Positions 18,184 through 30,332 of a DNA stretch of 30,694 nt are shown here, in pieces (position 1 is the first letter of the stretch; every line of letters begins with the position of its first letter). The translations under genes and the position numbers were made by a program. Under the pieces are notes generated by a model, which had not been told where the DNA came from, ran no database searches, and was given only the letters and a program-made list of their open reading frames with translations. Origin of the DNA: a virus (taxonomy: Duplodnaviria > Caudoviricetes); the IMG/VR virus record IMGVR_UViG_3300038674_000061, positions 1 to 30,694 of that record; one strand, written 5' to 3'.

Positions 18184-19464
18184 ATGTTACAACATGTAAA
18201 TACTGTATTGGTTGGTAAAAACTGCCCAGCCTCTTATACAAATGCAGATGCTTTGGCAGTTGGTGATGTTGCACTTTTTGATGAAAATGGTGCTATTATA
18301 TCAACTCCAGCTGGTGCAGCTGCTGCAAAATCTATTAAAGTAGGTGTTGCTAAATCTAAAGTAAGTGTTACTTTACCCAATGGTTCTGTTGCACAAAAAG
18401 CAAACATCGAATTTTCAAATGTGATTTCAAAAGATCACGCAATTAATTTTGTGAAAGGCGTATACGTTGCCCCTTCTCAGGAAGTAGTAAATGTAAACTT
18501 GTCTAGCGCAACTATTAAAGTTGGCAATAGATATGTACTTCGTATTGTTTATAAAGATCTTTATGAACATCCAGGACAGTTTACTCATACTTATGAAGTA
18601 ATCGCTACAGCTACAACTCCAGCTACTCTCGCATCTGCATTTGCTGCTAAAATCAGCAAACATATGAATCGTAGAGTAAACGTTTCAATCTATGCTGGTG
18701 TTAAGGCTAGTAAAACTATTGGTGGTATTGCTTTTCAAGCTGTGTCTGCTGGCACTGCTGGCAATGATATTACTATTGCATTTGCTGCTGCAACTACTGC
18801 TGCTGCAATCTCTGTAACTGGTTCTGCAATCACAATCACTCCTAAAACTGGTGAACTTACATTAGCTCATATTCAAGCACTAATCGCTAGTGATACTGAT
18901 GCTGCTGCATTAATTACAGCTGTATCTGGTACAGCTTCTGGTTCATCTGTAACAGCTACTGCTCTTGCTGGTGGTGTTGATGCAACTCCTGCTGTAATCA
19001 CGCTTACTGCTATGGCTAAAGATGATAACGAAGGTGTTAATTCAATTAATGAATATTCTGTAGTTAACATGGAAGTTTCTATGTATGAAACAGAACCAGC
19101 TAGCGTATTGAACTTCAATGCTCCTGCTGCTATCGTTGGTGCTGTAATTACTAAGACTGCTGGTACACCCGGCAAAGGTTATTGGAAACAGGTACGTGAT
19201 GCTGAGATGCGTAATATGGGTTATAAAGGACATGTCTTCACTGGTGCTTATCCTGAAGTAGAACAAGAAAAGATGGTAGATCCTACTAAAACTTATGACT
19301 ACATTACAGTGGAATATTATAATAACTATTTGAGTTCTGATAATCAGTATATCAAACATGCTCCATTTACTTTGGAATTGTTTGTTGAAGCTGGTGAACT
19401 TGATTCTTCTATCGTTGAGAATGGTATTAAATCATTCATCGCAGGTAAAGATGTTACTGCTTAA
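18184..19464 (+). CDS. Abundant structural protein (auxiliary capsid protein-like) with an Ala/Thr/Gly-rich inserted domain; no TAG
   Basis: 426-aa ORF with codon bias like MCP; position after the ring genes; PGKGYWKQVRDAE and TYDYITVEY motifs. Confidence 0.7.
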   Translation: MLQHVNTVLVGKNCPASYTNADALAVGDVALFDENGAIISTPAGAAAAKSIKVGVAKSKVSVTLPNGSVAQKANIEFSNVISKDHAINFVKGVYVAPSQEVVNVNLSSATIKVGNRYVLRIVYKDLYEHPGQFTHTYEVIATATTPATLASAFAAKISKHMNRRVNVSIYAGVKASKTIGGIAFQAVSAGTAGNDITIAFAAATTAAAISVTGSAITITPKTGELTLAHIQALIASDTDAAALITAVSGTASGSSVTATALAGGVDATPAVITLTAMAKDDNEGVNSINEYSVVNMEVSMYETEPASVLNFNAPAAIVGAVITKTAGTPGKGYWKQVRDAEMRNMGYKGHVFTGAYPEVEQEKMVDPTKTYDYITVEYYNNYLSSDNQYIKHAPFTLELFVEAGELDSSIVENGIKSFIAGKDVTA

Positions 19465-19490
19465 TAATAATAGTTAATATTTAACCAACT

Positions 19491-19521
19491 AAAGGGGTGG
19501 GGGTAACCTCATCCCTTTTTT
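19491..19521 (+). terminator. Intrinsic terminator
   Basis: GGGGTGGGG-GTAA-CCTCATCCC stem-loop followed by T6. Confidence 0.85.
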
Positions 19522-19554
19522 AATATAAAATAACTAACATATAGAATAATATCA

Positions 19555-19983
19555 ATGGAATTAAAATTAAAAATAATAGCTCGGAGAGATACGTATTCGA
19601 TAGGGAAACTATATATAGATGGTATATATTTTTGTGACACGCTTGAAGATACTGTTAGAGACATAAACCATAATGGTAAGTTTGATAATGGTGAGGTAAA
19701 AGTATATGGAAAAACAGCTATACCGTTTGGAAAATATTCTGTTGTATATACATATTCTCCAAAATTTAAACGCAAACTTCCGTTACTATTAAATGTACCA
19801 TAGTTTGAAGGAATTCGTATACATCCTGGAAATACAGCAGAGGATTCCCTTGGTTGTATTTTAGTTGGAAAAAATACTGCTGTTGGTAAATTAACAGAAT
19901 CGAAAGTAACATCAGATAAATTAAATAAGCTGATAGAGACTGCAATAAACAATGGTGAAAGTATAATGCTAATAAAAGAATAA
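19555..19983 (+). CDS. DUF5675-family (L,D-transpeptidase-like) protein, lysin candidate, 142 aa, one TAG
   Basis: IGKLYIDG.YFCDTLED, TAIP.GKY, then after TAG 19801 FEGIRIHPGNTAEDSLGCILVG (His/Cys motif). Confidence 0.85.
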
Positions 19984-19996
19984 TATAAAATAATAT

Positions 19997-20491
19997 ATGA
20001 TACAAAATATAACAGTAACAAAAAATAGTGAATACGCAACGATCGTTCTCACTTTAGATTCAATAAGTGCGGTATCTAGAGTATTTATAGATACTAAACC
20101 ATCAGTAGATAAAATATATTCAACCAATACAGAAGATCATGAGTATTCATATATGTTACCTAATGATAATGTATCTGTATTGTCAACTACTGTAACAATA
20201 ACAAATTTGCCATTAGATATAGATTCAACATATTTTGTTGTGTCTATCTTAGTTGGTTCCACATATTCTTACAAATTTTATTATGATATTAATATAATTT
20301 ATAATAAACAATTGCAATTAATTCTATCTGAAAACTTAGATATGCAAGAAAGTATTTATAATCATAAGTATACTTTAATGTTGGATGTAATATTAAATTT
20401 TGAAGCATTTAACACAGCTTATGCAAATAATTATATTAATGATCTAATACAGATCTGTTCTAATCTACACAGATTGTTAAATATTAAATAA
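19997..20491 (+). CDS. Hypothetical protein
   Basis: 164-aa ORF. Confidence 0.75.
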   Translation: MIQNITVTKNSEYATIVLTLDSISAVSRVFIDTKPSVDKIYSTNTEDHEYSYMLPNDNVSVLSTTVTITNLPLDIDSTYFVVSILVGSTYSYKFYYDINIIYNKQLQLILSENLDMQESIYNHKYTLMLDVILNFEAFNTAYANNYINDLIQICSNLHRLLNIK

Positions 20492-20492
20492 T

Positions 20493-20696
20493 ATGACAAT
20501 AGCATTATATAATTAGATTAAATTAATTTGTTTATAGAGATAGAAATATAACAGTAAGACAGATAAACGTACGCTATTAGTACTTACGTATATGTATCTT
20601 ATTTAGAATCTGATAACAAATTATTCAGAATTATCTCATACAGATATTCAGAGATTAACGGATATATATGATTACTTATATAAAATTATACAATAA
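20493..20696 (+). CDS. Hypothetical protein, 67 aa, 4 TAG
   Basis: ATG 20493 to TAA 20696 exactly fills the gap between its neighbours. Confidence 0.65.
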
Positions 20697-20698
20697 TT

Positions 20699-21418
20699 AT
20701 GGCTGAAATTTTAGACATAAAAGACTTTACCCAAGTAACAAACTTATCGGATGATGATAGGTTACTATTAACTATTGCTGCAAACAATCATTTTGCTGGA
20801 GCTGCTACAGTTTCGACATTGAGACAATTTGTTGAAGATATTATAGATGATCACATAATTGTGACGCCTATTTCATTTGATATAACAAATTTTAGTGGTG
20901 GTGGTACATATGAAAAAGGAAGTAGTTAGACAATGGTTTTAAACTGGACATACAATAAAGATGTAGATAGTCAAACTATAAATGGTGTAGCTATTTCTAA
21001 AGAATTACGAACTGCCACATATACAAATGTGGTAACAAATACAACTTATACATTAAGTGCAATATCTGGAGAAGAGACAGAAACAAGAAGTGTAAGTGCA
21101 ACATTCAATGTTAAAAAATACTATGGCGTATTTTCAGAACCAATAATCACGCAAACCGATATACTAAATTTAACTAGTGCATGGGCTTCAAAAACATTAT
21201 CAACTACTTAGTTTGACTGTACTGGTGGTAGATACGTGTATTACATAATACCAACATCTATTGCTACAAATCTTACATTTTGGATTGGTGGATTATAGAA
21301 TAGTGATTGGGTTACTACAACAATGGATTTAACAAATTTATTTGGTCATACTGAATCATATACCATATATCGATTAAATAATAAATAGACTGGAATTTTA
21401 AATATCGAAGTAAGATGA
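20699..21418 (+). CDS. Beta-rich structural/fibre-associated protein, 239 aa, 4 TAG
   Basis: Joins track ORFs 20699 and 20933 and continues to a TGA overlapping the next ATG; Ig-like Thr-rich sequence. Confidence 0.75.
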
Positions 21419-24400
21419 ATATAAACGGAACAAATATAGCCGCAGGAATAGTACCATATACTACAGAAGATACATTTGCAACACATGACTCCTTATATGG
21501 AAAAGGTGGTTGGAGAGAAGTTGCAACAACTGAAGAAAGAGATTCAATTCCAGTAGATCGTTTACGTAACGGATGTGTTGTGTATGTAGACAGTGTAGAG
21601 ACAGCGTATATCTATCAAGATGGATTATTTTAGATTTTAAATATAAACCAATCTCCTGGGGAATAGGTAGATAGGGTATTTAAAAAAATCTCAATAACAG
21701 ACTTTGAATTAAATGTAGATTATTCAACAACACCTTATGCTGTTGTTAATTTAAATCTTGGAAATGCGAACGCTACCTTAGATATACAAAACATACCAAA
21801 TAATGGGTATGGCCAAATTCTTGTATTACAAGAAGGTAGCACAAAATTATCATTAAGTGGAAATCTGGTTGGAAATTTAAATATACCATTAAGAGAAGAC
21901 ACTGCTGCAATTATTGAATATCAAAAGGTAGACAATGTAGTATATTGTTATTCTACATTAATTGTACCAGACATTCAATATAATATCCCAAACAAAATCG
22001 TTGATTTGTCAGTTGTTTATTATGACTCGACAATAGCTCACTTAAGATGGACTACACCTCACGGTGATTAGTTGACTGATGTTATTGATGGGTATGATAT
22101 AAGATATAGCAATAATGTAGTAAATGCCGATAGCGATATCATATGGTTAGGTATGTCAAAACTTGAACAAAGTAATGAAATCACACCAAAGAATCCATAG
22201 GAGGTTTAGGATTTATCAATTTATACATTAAAACCAAATTAGGAATATTATATATATATCAAAAGTTACTAGATAATTGAGGGTGTTAAATATTACTCTT
22301 TGGCTTCTAATTTTGCATATTGCAAAACTATATCGAATATTACAGAAGAAGGAAAAGTTTATAGAATTGGTATATTACCGGAGCAGATACATGTTAGAAA
22401 ATTAACAAATAGGGATTCAAATGGTGATTTACGAAAAATAGACAATTTAATAGATGAGGTATAGAATAATTAGTTTTTAGAAGATGGATATATTGATACA
22501 ACTAATATCTAGTATTCTACTCAATTTGGTGTAGATATATACGGAAGGGATACTGCGTATTTAACTATAACAATTGATCTATTACAGCAATATAAACTTG
22601 ATAAATTATTCTTACTTCCAACAAGCGGTTCTGTATTTTCAATAATGGCGAAAAAGGATTTTGGATATGAACCAGAAAGGTTACAAGTTGTAACATTTGA
22701 TAATAATAAATGGTCAACAATAAACCTACAAAATACAGTAGCTAGATTTATAATATTATTATGTGATCAGTAGTTTTTCTGTAATGCTTCTACCGAGCCA
22801 GTAATTGCAGTAGATCAATATGGTATACCTGAACCTTATTATAATAATGATTTTGGTTCGTTTTCAAATATGCTAATATATGGAACGGCAACAAATGACA
22901 AACCGGATAAATTAAAACCAGTTTCTGCAAAAAGTGTTCAACCATTAACTATGGATCAATATGTTTGTACAAATGGTCACTTTTATTAGAGTGGTAGAAT
23001 TCACGCAATGTGTTCTGGTGAAAGAGTTAGATTATTTGGGCATCCTGGTCAATTCTGTGTATTTGGTACTGTGAATGGATTAGACAACACAGTGGTAATG
23101 CCAGAAACATTAGAAGATGTTAAATTTCGATTTAATGATATACCTTGGGTGATATAGAATGGGCCTGGGTATGGATTTTAGGAATTATTATAGAAAACAT
23201 ATAAACGATATAATCTCAAACCTTTTATTTCTGGAACTGGTACTTTAGATTATTGTAAGTTAAAATGGAATGGTACAACATATGGTTAGAATGCCCCTGT
23301 TGATCATTATTGTTTTGATTCACTATGGTCACCACTTCCAAAAAATAGCAAACGCGGTCTAGATGAATATTTGAATATAACCGGCAATCCGGATAGCTAT
23401 AAGATATATGCAAAGTTAGCGTATGCAATTGCTGCAAAGTATGGTAAAAATGTAGTAGATGATCCTCAGTACTTTATAAATGTACCAACAACAAATCCTG
23501 AAAGTGAACCAATAGATACAGGTTTGGATTTATTATCTGGTTTTGAATATGGAAATGAGGTTGATAGAAACTGGGAAGGTTTCATAGCATACAGATTACC
23601 ACAAGAGCAAGCTGCAACATTAATTAGTGTATTTGATGCAAACGGCGGTTATACTGATGGCCAATATAAAAATACATATGGTGTAAAAAATGCAGACTCT
23701 GATTTCTTAGTAATACCACCAGGTAGGGCATCTGTATCAAACGGGTATACGTTTGATATGTATGACCATATTTTAAATTATAATACCTAGAACAATATTC
23801 CATTCCATGCATTAAATTACCATATATATTGTTCAAACGAATAGTTGAATTCATTTGATAGAACAGCAACAAATATTCCAAAATATGCAATAAATATAGA
23901 ACGAGCATTAGACATATCTGAACAGAACGGATAGGAAGTGCATAAAATAATTGATTTTAGAAATAGGTTTATGCCATCCAAACCAATATGGGTTACAGAA
24001 TTTGGATATGGTGAAGGTGGTGGTAGAGGTTCTCAATCAAGATACTAGTGTTTCTCAATTCCAGGAAAGTAGATTACTGAAAATTATTCAACTCCAGATA
24101 GACACAGATCTGATATAAAAGCAGCATGGACTATTCGTGGATTTTTATATCTAATGGGGCTTGGGGTAGATATGGTTAATCATTATATCACAATGTCAGA
24201 TAGTGAATGGTTTGGTGATGAAGGTCCAGGATTTGAAATGTTCAAATGGGATGAATTAACAGATACCACAATTGGTGCAAAATACGATGCAATTCGTCAA
24301 TATGAAGGGAATGGGGATCGTACTGGATTTAGTTGTTTTGGTTTATTTGGACATGCTATATATAATGGAGCATACCCAATAAGTAGAGCATATTGGTATA

Positions 24401-27400
24401 TTGCCCAATTCAGAGAACTTTTGAAAGATTATATTTTCATCGGCACTAAGAAATATGAAAATGATGAGAAGGTAATGATTTATTGTTTTCGTAAAAAGAA
24501 TGAAGACAAAGGTGCTTACGTTGTATATTATAATGATTACACAAACAATGGTAGACCAAATGTTGAAATAGATATTCCATTAATTGCGAACAGTGCAACA
24601 CTACACACATAGTATATTCCATCAATTCCAAATCCGTAGAAAGTACCAAATAAATTAGGATTAGATCAATACCGTACAGGGTTACCAACAACACGTAAGG
24701 AGAAATATATAAATGGAGAATGGGTAATTCAAAATAGAAAACCAGATGATATAAATTGGGAATCTTTTGCACAAGGTGCTGCAAATTATCCAACTAATCC
24801 ACAAGAAGGTGACGAGGTTTATGTTTTACCAACAGCTCAAGAAAACCCATATTTCCCTATAGTTGGACCAGTATGCGCAAAAGCTTCTGGATTCACCGGT
24901 ACATTTGTTGGCGCTAATTAGTATGAGGTTGAAGAAACTGTAGACGGCGAATTAACATATGTAACAAAATATAACACTGCCGCATTAGTGTGGAGACAAG
25001 TTGATGCTATATGTGATTATATCGAGTATACTGAAGAAGGCGCCCATGGTAGAATCGGAGACTCTCATGATTTAGAAATACTTGGTGGTAAAATTAAAGT
25101 AAATGTTGATGAAATTCCAAAATATATATTATTTGATGGGGTTCCATCTACATCATATCAATCACAGGTTACCGAAGTATAGTCAAAAACAGTAAATTCT
25201 ACAAATGTACAGATATGGTGGAATAACCATAATGTTGAAGATACAGGATATTAGATATTTATATCGTCACTACCTGAAACAGGGTACAGCCTACATTCAA
25301 CCGTTGATTTTGGATAGAACACAACAACCATAGGCGGTTTAACAGAAAATTCAACATATTATTTTAAAGTTAGACCAATTCGAAACAGTGATGTTGGTAC
25401 TCTCAGTGAGTATACATCTTCTACTACTTATAACTTTATACCAGACATTACTAATTTTTATTCAGATTATAGGAGTTCTTCTAAAGTAAGATTGAAATGG
25501 GAATACGTTTCAAGTTTATAGGATTTTTATTAGTATTCAATTTATAGAGATTCCGGTGATGGTAATTTTGTAATTGTGGATAATGTAACAGATATATCAA
25601 TCAAAGAATACACCGATACAAATTTGATTCCTGGAAAATTATATAACTATAAAATGAAAGTATATGGTTTGAATGGGAAAAGTGATTTCACAAATGAGGT
25701 TAGTGTAACTACATTAACTCCACAAGAAGCTTCTGCTGATATAGTAGATATTAGAACAGACAAGTTAGGTATAAAGATAAAAATAAAATTTAGCATTGAA
25801 CTGCAAGCAGTATCTGAATCACTTGTGACAAGTTTTAGTCTTAAAGAAAATAATAATTCTAGAATATTAACAAAAGTTCAGGTAGATCCAGTTAATACCA
25901 ATTACTTATTAATCTACGTATCTCCAGATACCTTGAGTGAATATACCCAAAAGTTACCATTATTATTAACATATACACCACCAGCAACTGGTTATCTTAA
26001 AACAATATATGGTATAAAGGTTGATGGGTTTGAGAATGTGTCTGTTATTAATATTATAGGAAATTTTACAAACATAGAATCTACATATTATTTAAATTTC
26101 ACAAATGATTCTCTAATTGTTGAAGATTCAGCTTGGAACAATCTTAACCATACGGATGTTGTTGAAAATCACAATGTGGTTAGTATATTGGATAGTTATG
26201 GTAGAAATCTTGGAGCAAATATTGAGATCACAAATGGTGGTTTTGTAAATAGTGAAGGTGTTTGTTATTTTACAGATATTCCAACGAATGCAAAAAACAT
26301 AGGGTGGACATTAGGTTATACCGGAAACCCAACAGTATTTACAATTGCTGGATTAACTAATACAAATTAGTATTAGGTATTGCTATATGCCTCTCGTTGG
26401 AGAAATCCAAATAATTCGGATGAACACGCATTTGCACAAGCATGGACATCTTAGAAAATAAACAATGTAATAACAACGCTGAATAGTTCCATTACAGATA
26501 ATAAACAAGCTAATCAAAGTAACGCGTATATGTCGTTTGATGATCTTGTTCCAATCGATGGCGTACTATAGTTTTAGTTAAAGAATCCAAATCACGAAAC
26601 ATATCCGTGGTAGGCAGGTGCATTAAACTTTGCGATAATTAATGAGTATAAAGGTGATAATACACCAGAGAATACTGAAATATACATACGTTCCGTTACG
26701 GTAGATCAAGATCCTAATTCACTTGGATATGTCACATCATAGAATATAGATTTGAGTTACAATGTTGTTGGTACTCCTACAATGTATCAAATTTCAGAAG
26801 ATCCTGAATTTGTTGGAGCAGAATGGATCAACATCACAACAAAGTTAAACTACACGCTTAGTTCCGGATATGGTAACAAGACAGTGTTTGTGAAATTTAA
26901 AAATTTACAAGGCGAATCAAATATAAAGATAGTAACCATAGAGTATAGAAATGTTTATGTAGAATTACAATTGACGCAAATTTATATAAACAATGGGCTA
27001 AATGAAACACAAGATTCTTCTATAAGTATATTAATTTCAAAATCTGGAAATCCAACACATTATGCTATTTCGGAAGATGCTACAACAATAAATTCTGCGC
27101 AAGTTGAATGGATAGCATATCCTTTAACCGGAGATACTGTAAATTACACATTTGTCACAAGTGGTGTATCAGAAGTTAAAAAAGTATATCTGAAATTAAA
27201 AGACAGTGTAACTGAAACGTAGGTGGTATATGATGAAATAAATTATGTGGTGTATACTTATACAAATCACCAAATCGTTATAAATACATCTACCGTACAA
27301 AATAGTAGTAATTAGGCATATATTGCAAAAGTAAAGTATAATAAAAAATTTGCATTAAGTTTAACTTGTGACGATAATGGTGTTAGCACATGGAACCGAT

Positions 27401-29808
27401 TATTCAATTATTGTAAACAGGGATATATTGATAATATTGATACGTCTGATACTTATTGGCATAAGCACTCAGAAAAACCATCTGGTGGTGGTTATCCGAG
27501 TAGACAGCTTACTTACACAACTGGTACTGGAGTGAAACGAATATTTCCAATTTCCGCAGCAAACTGGTATAATTTAGAAAATCAATATTGGACAGGGCCA
27601 ATAACACAACCATTAGAAAATGCAGGAGTTGCATGGCCATATCTTACATGGTATGAACAAGAAGAAATAAATGATTTTGGTGGATGTTGTGCATTACATG
27701 ATGTTTAGGATCCAGCACAATCTACTGCCGGTGGAACAATTCAATAGATAATAAATGGAATTAACGATGCTGAAAATAACATAATATATCCAAAATTAGG
27801 ATATAATATTTAGGTAATGGTTGAACCAAATGGTGACCCAGCGTACACTAGTGCAGCAGAAAGTATCGATTATATAAAAATGATAACAAGGCAACAATAG
27901 ACATAGCTTGGTTATGAATACATAAATTTATTAGAAGATGGTTTAAATATAAATAAACTAAAAGTAGCAAGATATTTTGCAGATGGTGCAACCTTGCAAG
28001 CCAGATAGACAGAAATCACTGATAATTTTGTAAACGTTGAATCTGATACAGTTTGTATGTATGGTGATCTTGGAATGCATGGTTTATCTGAATCTGGAGG
28101 AAGCCGTTGGGCAGATATAGAATCTTCAGCTAAAATACAATAGTTAAATTGGTTATGTGACACATTTGGTGAATACGGTGATGATTCTATATGGTTTACA
28201 TCCTTAGATGAATTGATACATTACTTACATTACCGTAGTAAAACTATAATTGAAACAACAATAAATGAATCAACAATAACTATAAATGTATCAATACCTT
28301 CATTATAGAATATGTATAATCAAGAATTGACTATAAATATAGATGATGTTTAGGGTACGATTTAGAATGTTGTTAATAATTCTTTGAATGGTTTTAGTTA
28401 TAGTTTGAATTCTGGGAGACTTGTTATAAATTGTGACCAATCATAGAAATTAATAACAAATGCTGAGAAGTATACTACACAGTATGAGAATGAAAGAACT
28501 GAGGAAAATTACAGAGATGCTATATATATGATTCAACTATTAGCACAAAGATTATAGCAACCATATATAGATAGATTGAATGTATTTAGAGTGCCTAATG
28601 TTCTAACATCTTTTGATATAAATGATAATTCTTTATAGGTATCTTCAAAAAATATAGTAATACATAATTTAATATACACTGGAGATACTGCAATTAAATA
28701 TAGAATATCTGAAACAGAAGCTGGTATAAATTCTAATCCGTGGCTTGATATAACAAATGATATCAACTATATGTTGAGTGGTACTTATGGTGAATACACT
28801 ATATACATGCAGATACAAAATCAATTTGGTGATAGTAACGTTGTTTCAAAATCCATAACGTATGTAGAACCTGATCCATTGACCTTGACTTCAATATAGC
28901 TTGGAAACGGTGATGCCACCTATGATGACTTCAATGTACCAGTTTAGTTTACTATAAGTAGCGGATCTCCAACACATTACAGACTTTCTGAAAATCAGGC
29001 AAATATTGTAAATGAAGCTTGGATTACTTGGTCAAATGATATCGATTATACATTTGCCACTGTTGGTGAAAAAACTTTATACGCCCAAATAAAAGATGAT
29101 ATACAGGAAAGTTTGGTTGTAAGCGATACAATCACAATAACACAACCATCTGTATCTGTTGTTGTTGGTTTTAATAATGACGACCATGAGCAATTAATTA
29201 CAGTTGTTGGAAATAACGATACAATAAATCAAATAAAATAGGGTGTATACCAATATGCAAGTGCGCCAGTACAATTGTTTGACACAAAAGGTAACTTAAC
29301 TGATATATCTTTTAATAAATAGGCTCAATATTATCCATCAAATTCGACATTTACTGTTGTGTATAGTAATTATTCAAATATCAATGACACTTAGGTATAT
29401 TCAGATGCCAATGATGCAGGGGTATATCCAAGATCGGTATTTAATAAATGCTGTATAACATCTGGAAATGAATCCAATGGTTCTAGAAAAGGTAGATTGT
29501 CATTTAATTTACCAAGTGGAACATATACACTTGATATATTATATTCTACAACAGAGCAATACGCAATGACTGATAATGTTAAGCGTTTGGATACATATTA
29601 TGCTATATTTGCAAATACAGTAGAGTTAGCGAAAACAAATGTAGGATACGCTAATCATACTACAAAATCCAATAACACTTGGAATAATACATTAACGTTC
29701 ACATTAAGTGAACCTACTACAATAGATTTTGCATTCTGGAATCAATCGTCATCTATAATGTATGATAGACCTGGTGTAAATTTACTAAAATTCACAAAAA
29801 CTAATTGA
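21415..29808 (+). CDS. Giant multidomain fibre/spike-like protein, 2797 aa, about 56 TAG: FN3, clan-A glycoside hydrolase, FN3x2, SwmB-like, Ig-like repeats, polysaccharide deacetylase
   Basis: Read codon by codon: no TAA/TGA in this frame over 8394 nt; motifs FEYGNEVD, LNYHIY, KPIWVTEFGY, GLTENSTYYFKVRP, FALSLTCDDN, LHDV, EPNGD, GDDSIWF. Confidence 0.88.
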
Positions 29809-29819
29809 TAACGTTTATA

Positions 29820-30332
29820 ATGATTTCATTAAATTTACTTGACAAATTAACTACAAGCACTCTTAAGTTTAGGAGTGCTATAGTTAGTGCTTTTATTTCA
29901 TTCTTTGCGCCACTTTACCTAGTACTTTGTGCAACGTATTTTTTTATAATACTTGATTGGATATATGGTTATCGTGTATCTAGGAAGTATGGTCACAAGA
30001 AGATAAAATCTTCTAAGTTAAAAGATACAGTTACAAAACTAACAGAAACCACATTATTAATAGCATCTGCACACATATTTGATTCATACATAGTACCAAC
30101 TATAGATCTACATGCGGTAGAAGTTGTTGCTGGTATGGTATGTTTGGTTGAGTTCTGGTCGGTACTTGAATCTTTCTGTGACCTATATCCAAAATGGAAA
30201 TTGTGGAAAATACTAAGTAGAGTGATATAGTCCAAGGGTGAAAAATACTTAGAAGTAGAGTTAGATGACATATTAACAAATAAAAAAGATGATAAGTGTA
30301 ATACTAAGCATAATTAGTTGGATGAAGAATAA
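29820..30332 (+). CDS. Phage holin family protein, 170 aa, 2 TAG
   Basis: Several hydrophobic segments; LDWIYG...IKSSKLKDTVTK and EFWSVLES motifs typical of holin-4-like proteins; read-through to TAA 30332. Confidence 0.75.

Noticed and set aside
6863-29808. Fragmented ORFs as pseudogenes or sequencing errors
   Set aside because: All breaks are TAG, never frameshifts or TAA/TGA; catalytic motifs are intact and a matching CUA tRNA is present.
1712-30271. Minus-strand ORFs in the rightward block (e.g. 6608-6928, 15940-16305, 18873-19175, 19509-20039, 24446-24793)
   Set aside because: Shadow frames of well-supported plus-strand genes, with no motifs or initiation context.
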